Origin: Macrostomum lignano
Taxonomy: Eukaryota
DNA: 64,000 nt
Direction of reading: 5' to 3'
Assembly (NCBI GenBank): GCA_002269645.1
Contig: NIVC01000096.1
Location: 62,001-126,000 of the forward strand
The notes below the pieces were generated by a model. It searched no databases. It was given only the letters and a program-made list of their open reading frames with translations, and was not told the origin of the DNA. How positions within the stretch are numbered: position 1 is the first letter of the stretch; the number at the start of each line of letters is the position of its first letter. Of the stretch, positions 54,437 to 64,000 are shown piece by piece. The position numbers and the translations under genes are program-made.

Positions 54437-56011
54437 CAGGGGTTTCGGAGCGGGATGGGGGGCACGGGGAGGGCTGGAGTCCCCCCCACACTTTTTAGCA
54501 TGATCCTGCAAGTGCCCTTTTTGAATTTCAAGCAAGTGTCGGCCGGTTTTCGGCTTTGGCTTTTCTGAGTCTCATGGAAGCTAAGGGTAACAGCTGATGT
54601 AATAGTTCATGTTGTTCTCAATCCCAATCCACTATCTAATGTGCCTAAGCCTAGTGCTTTTAGTGCAGGGGTCAGCAAGCTTTTTACTCCAAGGGCCAGA
54701 TTGAGAACAGCGCGACTGCCCTTCTGCATGGGTCCGCTTCGCTGAGCCCCCTAAGCAAAATGCGCGTCCAGGAGTCCCTGATGACTGCGGGCTATAGGGA
54801 GAGAGGATGGGGAATAGAGAACAGAAATGTACGAGAGCAGGAGAATGGAAAGGCGAAGGAATAAAGGAGAAGAGAGTAGATGAGAAGAGAGATAAACTAG
54901 GAGAAGAGAGAGGAGAGGGGGAGATGAATGAGGAGAGGAGAGTTGAAATGAATGAGAGAGGAGATAAGTAGAGGAGAGAGGAGGGAAGGGAGAAGAGAAT
55001 GAAGAGGAAACGGGAGATGAGAGGAGAGGAGAGAGGTGAGGAGATGAGAGAAGAAGAGAGAATTGAGGAGATAGGTGAGGAGATGAGAGGAAAGGAGAGA
55101 GGAGAGGAGAGGAGAGGAGAGGAGAGGAGAGAGGTGAGATGAGAGGAGAGGAGAGAGGTGAGGAGATGAGCGGATAGGATAGGAAAGGAGAGGAGATGAG
55201 AGGAGAGGAGAGAGGTGAGGAGAGGGGAGGAGATGAGATGAGAGGAGAGAGGAGAGGAGAGGAGAGGAGAGGAGAGGAGATAGTTGAGGAGATGAGAGGA
55301 GAGGATAAGAAAGGAGAGGAGAGAGGTGAGGAGATGAGAGGAGAGGATAAGAAAGGAGAGGAGAGAGGTGAGGAGAGGAGAGGAAAGGAGAGAGGAGAGG
55401 AGAGGAGATAGGTGAGGAGATGAGAGGAGAGGAGATTAGAGGAGACTATGAGAGGCCGGATTGCTATTGTGAAGATTCAAAGGACCCAAGGGCTGGATGG
55501 AGATGCTTTGCGGGCCACATTTGGCCCTCATTCCGGAGTTTGCCAACCCCTGTTTTATTATTTAGCCCTTTTACTTGCATCTCTGATCGAAATTCCGAGG
55601 GCACCGCAATCCCAAGACTTAAACCGCTTCTGGCGCTGCAACTAAAAGCACCAAAATGCCAGCGCCAAGAATAAAGAGTCAGCGCCAAGAGGAACTGAAG
55701 GAGGCAGCCAAAAGATCCATAAAATTACTGGTCTTGCCCTGGCAAATTTCATTCATTTGAGATATTTACTAAATTGAAAGTGCAGTTCAGTTGCGCAGTG
55801 TTAGAATTTGTTGAAAATTCGAGTTCATATTTTTTTAGACTTTTGGCCACTTCCAACACAGAATTGAATATTGGCCTGGTTGTCACAATTAATTTCGCAA
55901 ACTGACACAATAGCAGGAGTTAGGGTGCCCTTAGATTAAAAAAATCATGTGCAATGTGCCCTCCCACCAAAAGCCCCCCCCCCCACTTTGAAATATGTTC
56001 CGACAGCGCTG
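54437..56011. mobile_element. hAT-type non-autonomous transposon with a perfect 8-bp TSD
   Basis: ACTTCACT (54429-54436) | CAGGGGTTTCGGAGC ... GTTCCGACAGCGCTG | ACTTCACT (56012-56019); imperfect TIRs beginning CAG. Confidence 0.85.
54666..55552. mobile_element. Nested hAT MITE carrying a GA-rich tract
   Basis: TIRs CAGGGGTCAGCAA / TTTGCCAACCCCTG; degenerate flanks TTTTAGTG / TTTTATTA; interior (gagag)n at ~54800-55450. Confidence 0.75.
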
Positions 56012-56578
56012 ACTTCACTCAAACACTAATCGATTATCATAACTCAAACTGAACTCAAAGCTTCATGCTCGAGAACTATTCAAGAAAAACTAATGTTCCT
56101 ATCTCCACAGTATATTAGATTAATATTCGATTTCGAGTACTTCTGCTTGCTCGATCTCTATCGCTGAAAATTGACATGCAGGACTTCACCCAGACACTAA
56201 TCGATTATCATAACTCAAACCGAACTCAAATCTTCATGCGAGTGCAAGTGCAACATTTCGTCATGCAACTTGAATCTAGATAATTCATTTTCGTGTCGAA
56301 AATTGCTATTTTAAATTTTGTAACTTCGTTATGCTTTTTCAAACGAGTCGTTACTCAACAAAATAAACTAACCACGATTCAGGTTCTGAAAGCAGAAAAT
56401 ATCAGTTTGAAAAAAGGTCGCAAGTGTGAGAATACACTTTAAGTGTATATATTTGGTTCTTTTTAACAATAGAATTCTGGAATACTAAGTCGACAAAGAG
56501 ACATCTAGATATGTAATGTACAATTTTAAATCACCACACTACTATGAATTATGCTCTCATGAAGGTCCATTTAAGCTT

Positions 56579-59500
56579 CTAAAGTTCAGCCTTAACGCCC
56601 GCTAGAGCAAGCTCTCGCCTCTTCAGTACAAACTCTCCAGCGTCAGCTTGAGCTCCATGTTCCTCAAGCCAGTCGATCACTCGCTGCGCGGTCCGCTCAG
56701 CCATGGTCCAGTCTTCAACGCTGCTTCGTCCACCGCTGGATTCCTCAGTCCACAGCTGCTTCCCTGCCCGAACTTGCCGCCTCATTCGATAGGCCAGCGA
56801 TTCCAAATCGTCGCGCGCTTCAATCCGTTTGGCCTCCCATCGATCCCGATCGGCGAAGGTCTGCAGCCGGTTGGCCATTCGTTTTATTTCCTGCTGGTCA
56901 ATTCGCTGGTCAAAAATGTCCGTGTTGATCGTGTTTGACTTCATTTCGCGTAGAGAGACCTGCAGATGGTGTAACGTAATACGGTATGAAATGAACGCGA
57001 TTTCGTTGAGCTCTATTATACACTGCAGAGTGTTTACAGAACTTCTGTAAAAATGAGCTTCGATCTGTGGCATTTATAAAATAGATGGCGCCCTGTACTT
57101 TCGAGTCAAAGAGCACTGCACCTTTGAGTCTCAAGGTCCGCGCCACTGTTTTGCAATTGGGGGCACTGCAGCATATATGATGTACATGTACATGCACCTG
57201 TACGGCAATCCGACGTCGACGACGTCCGCCGTCGACGTTCCTGACGTCTATCGACGTCGCTGATAGATGTTTACTTTTACATTAAACCGACGTTCGGCCG
57301 ACGTATGTAACGTTGTTATCATCGGTCGTAACGTAAAAAATACTTATATTACAGCGACGTCTATGACAGACTTTCAGCAGTTCAAGGGCGCCACAACTGG
57401 GTGTCAAGGGGTTGTCGTATTTTACATGCAGAAGATGTCAAATAAGGTTATAATTTCCTCAGGGGCTGAGAGACGTCAGCTTTGAGGATTCCAGGGTGGC
57501 CAACATTCACTATAGGTTTTGGATGTCCAGGAAAGCCATTTTGAGATGTCAAAATGGGCCGTGGTAAAAGGCCTCCCTGTTTGAGGGAGAGGGAGGGTCA
57601 GCTACCGCCGTTTTTGGAATCAATGGGCGCAGATTTTGGGATTCCAGCACGACCCAACTGAGACGTTTTGATGTAATATCTTGAGTATTTGAAGCAATGA
57701 AGAGCCAGAATTTCTATCAAACGCTAAAAATCGTCTCAATATATAATCAATGATGGTTACCAACCGTTATCGTGTGCTCGTGATTGACAGTAAAGTTACT
57801 CCAAAGTGCCGGATAGAAAGTCTTCTTAAAGTACAACTGAACCGAATCAACGAAGTTCTTCATTTCAGCCACGCGCTGCTCGCCTTCGAACACCAGTATA
57901 GTTGCCTTACTGACTTCCTCGTCGTAGATATTCGGCAACGATACCTTCACTTCCCCCTTGGCTGGCAGCGGCTCATTTCGAGGAATAACGGTACTAAAAT
58001 AATATCCCTTGGATAAGTAGCCCAGGCAGTGTGACGTGCTGTCGACAAGGGCGAAATTTCCTGATGCAAGCAGGCCGGGCTTGAAGGCTCCAATAGTCCC
58101 GTCGTCGAATGCTCTGTTGGCGAGGCTCCCGGCCCAGATTGCCGCGCCAACAACTGACGAAGTGTCCGGATCCATCATGTCGCTGGGCTGGCCAACTGCT
58201 AGGATGGCGTTTGCCACGAATTGACGCAACATTGGAATTTTACTGGAGCCGCCGATTAGCAACACGTCATCGAGTTTTGAGGCTCGCGAGCCTGCTCGGT
58301 TGAGCACGGTCTCAGCAAGATCTACCACGCTTTGGAACAGATCCATATTCAGCTGTTCAAACCTGGACTGCATCAAAACCTCAGAGAAGTCCTCGCCCAG
58401 AAGTGACTCAGTCTGAACATCCGCCAGCTCACTAAAAGACAAAGTTCGAATTGCTTTTTCAACTTCTCTACGAAGCTTCTGCTGGGCGTTGGCACTCTTA
58501 CGGAGCCGCTCCGCCAAGCCTCTGCCCTTCTTTTTCTCGTAGAGCATCTCCATGTAGTGAATGACTCGCTGCTGGAATATTTCGCCACCAATTTTAGTTG
58601 AGCAATCCTGAGCGAGGGTTCGGATTGCTCCGTTGCCAACTGATAAAACTGCGACGCTGAGCGACCTGGCGCCGACGTCAATGACCAGCACGCGCCTCGG
58701 ACTGAAGACTTCGACTAGCAGCAGGTAAGCCAGGGCAGTGGTCATGTGGGAATTGACTACGTGAACCTCTTGGAAGCCGGAGATTTTACCAGAATCTTTG
58801 ATCGCCCTCCGCTGGGAATAGGTGGCGCAGCTGGCCAAACTGATCACCGCTCTGGTGACCGGCTCGTTCAGGTATTTTTCAGCAATTTCCTTCATCTTGC
58901 TGAGCAGCACGGCAACAATTTCTTCCGTAGAAAATGACTCAGTGCGGTCGCCAACTTTCACGTCGATTTTGGCTTTCTTGTTGCTACTAAATATTTTGTA
59001 AGGCACGGCCTCCGTGTGATTCTGGACCTCTTCCTCATCAAAGCTTTGGCCGCCAAGAATTGGGAATAAAGAGAACACCGTGTTCTCCGGATTCGAGGTG
59101 AGCTGACTCTTCGCCTCGTCTCCAATGAGCCGTTTTCCATCCCGTGTGAATGCCACATAGGCGGGTGTGATTTCGCTACCCTGCTCGTTCTTAAGGACCG
59201 AAGCTCTGCCGTTTCGGAATACGGCAACTCTGAAATCATGCAGTGAGTTTGAGTTAATTTAACAAACGCAAATTCAATCGATGCTGAAGTAAGAAACAAC
59301 GTCGGGAGATTCAAATTGGAATGGCGATTGCATGCATAGAGATCGGGATGGTTGTACACTGTGTACTATCACTATCACACAGACGTCACGTTGATGTGAT
59401 AAAAAGCTTTCACGATGAACAAAAGCGAATGTCAAAAATGGACATCGATCGTCATTGGAAATCCAATCTGTCTGCGTCTCAGTCCAGTGGACAACAAATA

Positions 59501-59975
59501 AGGGAAATACTCGTAGGAGTTAAATTATGTGACATGTAAGTCTACATGACTTTTTTAGACAACATTTATGTGCCATTTAGCTTAAAACGGAAGCAATTTC
59601 TCTGTCTCATCCCACTATTGGACTGTAATTCAATGTAAAATCATGGATAACTTTGACTGAGCGATCCGACTAAACGACATCGTCTTTTGCTACGCTGGGG
59701 GTTGCATCATCGAGATTTGGCATTTGCTTCCGCGGCCTGATTATTTACAATTTGTAATTGTTCGTCAAATGTGTCCCAAATGATCTTATGAATACGCGTA
59801 CCAATTAAACGAATTATTACCTGATATGCGAGGCGCCAAAATCAATACCAATCGAAGCGCCGCCAGTATGTTCCCTGCTCAGTACTTTGTCGTTTCTAAT
59901 TTCATTAAACTGGGCCGCAGAGCATGCAAATCCGATTATAATAGCCGTTGTCCTTAACAGCAAGCTAAAAGCCAT
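56579..59975 (-). CDS. Divergent BiP/GRP78-like ER Hsp70 with signal peptide and C-terminal KAEL, 3 exons, 666 aa
   Basis: Exons 59975-59821, 59229-57765, 56959-56579 (2001 nt). Hydrophobic N-terminus MAFSLLLRTTAIIIGFACSAA; SIGIDFG; NEQGSEITPAYVAFT..RLIGDEAKSQLTSNPENTVF; IGGSSKIP; lid QQEIKRM..ARDDLESLAY..IDWLEEH; ends GVKAEL*. The phase-0 junction ACG|gttggt...ctgcag|GTC restores HTITVSLRE. Confidence 0.9.
57195..57700. mobile_element. Probable non-autonomous DNA element with clustered GACGTC palindromes, in BiP-like intron 2
   Basis: ccgacgtcgacgacgtccgccgtcgacgttcctgacgtctatcgacgtcg and further gacgt motifs; ends not defined. Confidence 0.35.
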
Positions 59976-60554
59976 CTAAAAAAATTGAAGGCCATATATT
60001 GTTATAGCATAAGTCTGTTGAATTTAAAACTGTTGATTATTCACAAAGAAAAGTTTTAATGTAACATTGTTACAGAACTTTGCAGCAGCTAGTCAATGTC
60101 GAAATTTGAGGGCGTGCAAGGATACTAATATTGTATAAGCCTTCTGCCAAACCACGGTTCGGTACAAATCATTTCTAACAATCAAGAAACGAATATTTTT
60201 CACCTCTTCTGCAACTGAATGAGAACCAATAGGGGCGTATAGCCAAATGAATTTCTCATGGGGGGATGCAGGGACATGAATAGCTGCTGCTACTTGTACG
60301 CTCGTACATGCTGGCCCAATGGGCAGTTCACAGGAAAATTAAGCGTCATAAATCAAATACGTATAGCTGCTTGGTAGCTTTGAATGGCCAGTCAAGTTTC
60401 CAATTCTATGAAAACACCTACTCAAATTCACAATTTAGTGAAAAATTAGAAAAAAATCTTTCTATTGAATGCTTCAGTAAATGAAAATCGATTTTGACTG
60501 AGTTCTGATCAGCTGCAAGAATCAAATAATGTAGTACTATAGTAAATATATCGA

Positions 60555-60858
60555 ACTGAATTAGCACTGATTGATGTTCAGTTGCATATAGTCTATGAAC
60601 CGTAGACTACGGATAATACAGTCTATGAACCGTAGACTACGGATAATATAGTCTATGAACCGTAGACTACGGATAATATAGTCTATGAACCGTAGACTAC
60701 AGATACTATAGTCTATGAACCATAGACTACGGAAACTATAGTCTATGAACCATAGACTACGGAAACTATAGTCTATGAACCGTAGACTACGGATACTATA
60801 GTTTATGAACCATATAGACTACAGATATATAGTCCATGAACCATGGACTACGGAAATT
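60555..60858. repeat. 30-bp tandem repeat with overlapping internal palindromes
   Basis: Unit tatagtctatgaaccgtagactacggataa, about 10 copies. Confidence 0.95.
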
Positions 60859-61599
60859 TGAGACGAAATTTCATTAATTGATTCCTTCCAAAAGAATTGT
60901 CAGCCTGGAACACGTTGTGAAATCTATAAATCTTAAATCTGCTTTTAATCGCGACATACGAGCGTAATGCATTATTCTTACCATCAAGGATCCGCTGGGC
61001 TTGTTAAAACAAACTTCTACCGCAGTAGTAGAGGCTGAATAAGTTCTGCTCTCAGTCCAGATGCGCGGATAGCTATACGAGCTAGGCAGTTTTTATCGTT
61101 TTGAGAATATTTAAGGCAATGACTCACAAGAATTCGTTTGCTTTATGCTACTTTTGTTTGTAAATTCATAGATAGAAATTACGAAATTTACGGCTTGCAG
61201 CTACAAACTTTATTTTGAATATGGTACACAAACTGAGAATGAGAGAAGTACAGTGTCTTGGCTCCAATTCAAAATTTGTACTCAAATTTCTTTATACACT
61301 GTACTCAAGCTGAAATGGCTTCTTTTGCGCTTCTTTTATAGCTCATTTCTTATCTAGCAGCTCGTCTATTCAACTTGAGTGACAACAAGGTACGAGTCTC
61401 TCTGAGTCGGAGCCAGTGCACTCGTTCGAAAATTTATCATAGATGTAATTTCTGTATTAATGACCTTTTTTGCAGGAATATCGCCTCGCCCTTTTGATCA
61501 AAACACATATTAATACTTTATTTTACATACATATTAATTTTGTTCCACTGTCGGAAATTCGTGTAAGTTCGTAAGGACAAAGCGAATGACTATAAGCAG

Positions 61600-61940
61600 T
61601 CTTGTTTTACTTGTTCACCTGGCGATTGACGGACGGGGATTCCAGGTGCCGTTGAATGGCCGCGCGAAAACAGACAAGAGACTTCGGCGCGTAGTATGTT
61701 CCATCCTGCTTTCGAAGAGACGAGTAGAAAAGCCTCTGATAATAGTTCTCAAACTCATGGCAGAGCCCCTTCTCATTGAGGAACCGGCGGAACCTTGCTA
61801 CGTGAAGTTTTCGTTGAGTCTCGGTGGATTTCGGCACACATTCATTCTCAATCCGGACCAGCATTAGCAGACCATCGCTAGTAAGCTCTGGTAGAACTTC
61901 GGTACTGGACGATGCATTCAACGACGAATCCAGCAAGTAT
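61600..61940 (-). mobile_element. Crypton (tyrosine-recombinase transposon) / DUF3504-type coding relic
   Basis: VPKSTETQRKLHVARFRRFLNEKG..FEN..RLFYSSLRKQDGTYYAPKSLVCFRAAIQRHL matches the recalled N-terminal core-binding motif of Crypton-derived proteins (FY..VRKKDG..Y...SL..IRAAI.R.L). No intact catalytic domain seen. Confidence 0.6.
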
Positions 61941-62519
61941 CGATTTGGTCCAAAGCGGCAATGAAACCCAATCAGGAGTTACATCTGTGTAATGCTATAC
62001 ACAGTAGCAATGGCTTGCTAGATATCTAAACTTCTGATTGTAAAAGAATACAGCATGCTTAATTAAATACCAACTTACTGACAACTTACAAAGACATTAC
62101 TGTAATTCTATTGTCAGGGATTAGAGCCCTTAGAAAAGAACATTCCTTGTGTATAAACAATTATCCTCGCCCTTAGCATCAACCAATATTTATGTACTGA
62201 CTTTGCTAAACTTTACAATTGCTGATCTGCAATTTACCGAAACCTGCCAAAACATAAAAACGCCATACAAATAGGTTCTTAAATTTGTAAATGCAGCCAA
62301 TTGCATTCATTTTACAAATTATAACAAAATAATGAGCCCTTCAAGGTTGGCCCTCAACACAACAACTCATGGCCAATGTTCGTGCCCTGTGGTGAATTGA
62401 AAGACACTGAAGTAAAAGCCACAAATATTTAAAATTCGTCTTTTTGCGTTTTTCATTTGTTAACCCAATCTTGGGATTCAGCCCTGGATCCCAGGATCCT
62501 CCGGAATTTGATTTAAGTA

Positions 62520-62820
62520 TTCTTAATAATATAGTATATTTAAAGCGTCGGACTCACGACTTGAACGTCGGGGGTTCGATTCCGATCTAACGTGAAAAAT
62601 TTGTGCCCTTAAGCGAGACAATTAACTCTGCATTGCTTCAGTTCACCCAGCAGTAAAATGGGTGCCAGCATTAGCTGGGGTAATTGAGGGTGTGTGTGCT
62701 GACCCCCCAGTCCTTGGACTGAACAGCCGTACGCAGCTTTCAGATGCGCCGCGCAATAGCTGCGGCTGAGCTGTCGGTTGCACATCTGGCTCAATTGGGG
62801 CAGGTGTACAGGTGTATTCA
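62520..62820 (+). mobile_element. Most complete tRNA-headed SINE copy (head + central domain + tail)
   Basis: B-box ggttcgattcc (~62573), then gtgcccttaagcgagacaattaactc..ttgcttcagttcacccagcagtaaaatgggtgccagc (V/Meta-SINE-like core), then a tail shared with the 25300 copy. Confidence 0.7.
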
Positions 62821-64000
62821 ATTACTGTTTTTACATGTAATATTAAAAAATTTGCAGATTTCTGAGTGATAACAGACAAAAAATCACCCCATGCACTGAC
62901 TGTGAGCAGTTCAACTCGGTTAGCGATCGAGGTACCGTACAGATGATCTGCCGAAATCGTGAGAAAAGTTCCATCGCCTGTCCGTCATTGCCTCGGCTCA
63001 ACATAGCTTTTTTAGTCTACTGTACCCCACAGACATATAGGTGTATGGTAAAGAGCTTTAAGCTGTAAAATGTGTGCACGCAGATGTACGAAATGCCAAA
63101 GATATAGCAGACGCTATGCATTTACTAAGCTGTGATTTAGTTTTGTAGTCAGAATTGTACAATTCATGTACTGAAAGAAACTTCTGTTGAGTGAGACAGA
63201 ACTCCCAGTGCCACTATAGACAGGGAGAGATGACGGTATGGCTTCTCAATCTGTTTGAAGCTATGGCTGATCTATTCTTTATCTAGATGTATTTTTAAAT
63301 GTAGATCGACTCTATGGATGATGGAAGAATTGATCTACTGATAAGTAGAAAGTATAGAGTGTGGCATCAGTACCTCTTGCACAGAACTGCGCGTTTAGCA
63401 GAGTAGAGATAAAAACGTAAGCACTAGCCTTCTCGTACAGTTGGTAAGTTTTGATACGCCTGGCATCAAGGTATCGTTAGGCTCATTTAATGGGTCTTAT
63501 CTTGTGAAGCGAGAACACATAGACACTATAGAAAACAATGGGTGGTTTGAGTGGGAGTTAGGGGTTTGGGTTGGCGCTCACGCAGTTTCTCGCAACCACC
63601 AACCCCCTCCCCCTTCCACAAACCATTTGCTACGAGTCTTTTGTCACGCGTTCCCAGGCTGCTGACTGGCCGGGGCCCTCAAGCTCAAACCCTAGCTTCA
63701 TTATGTGCATTGGACATTCAAGTCGAATAGCCTAGAGCTACTCGAGCTTGGATACAGTAGCTTTGGTCGAGACGAGTAGAGGTGGTTGTTTATTTCCGCT
63801 TCGATGTAAGCGCATTTCCAGTGCATGCTTAAAATAACGTTGCTGACGACATTTTGAGGTAGATGCGAATTTTTGAAACAGGTTGAGCTGAGAGTCGCTA
63901 GAGGTGGGGGTAGTTCGGTAGTTTTCGTTATCTTCTTTTCTTCTTTTCTTTTCTTTGCCACTAATATACGATCTCTGTACATCTCGTCTCGTATAATCGC

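Noticed and set aside
57747-57764. Premature stop truncating the Hsp70 (ORF ends GNHH*)
   Set aside because: The phase-0 donor at 57764 splices to 56959 and restores a continuous SBD and lid ending in KAEL, so it is not a pseudogene on this basis
59321-59539. Plus-strand ORF in BiP-like intron 1 with a faint tyrosine-recombinase C-terminal flavour (SHRRHVDVIKSF)
   Set aside because: The similarity is too weak, and it is on the opposite strand to the Crypton relic
63701-63982. Minus-strand 93-aa ORF at the window edge
   Set aside because: No recognisable motif or splice context; it may belong to a gene outside the window but cannot be supported here

Overview
This is eukaryotic (metazoan) genomic DNA. 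GC-rich exons, AT-rich spacers and minisatellite-filled introns suggest a free-living flatworm such as Macrostomum; that is an inference from sequence style only. Plus strand: the last coding exon of SNRNP27, a 7-exon tandem cyclic-nucleotide-binding-domain gene, and an unresolved downstream coding region. Minus strand, converging on these: a co-oriented run CEP97 -> PGAP3 -> UQCC2-like -> METTL25 -> orphan ORF -> cytosolic TyrRS that resembles a trans-spliced operon, plus a separate divergent BiP-like Hsp70 ending in KAEL. The strongest finding is the TyrRS. It is double-length (888 aa, two synthetase units plus an EMAP-II-like C-domain). The N-terminal unit keeps the catalytic motifs but has degraded anticodon-recognition motifs, and the C-terminal unit shows the reverse, as in the asymmetric pseudo-dimer of Leishmania, but here in an animal-type enzyme. 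The rest of the window is tandem repeats and transposon relics (hAT with TSD, a foldback, MITEs, SINEs, Helitron-like ends, a Crypton fragment). All exon structures were inferred by hand from GT-AG sites, phase and family motifs, without transcript data or database searches.
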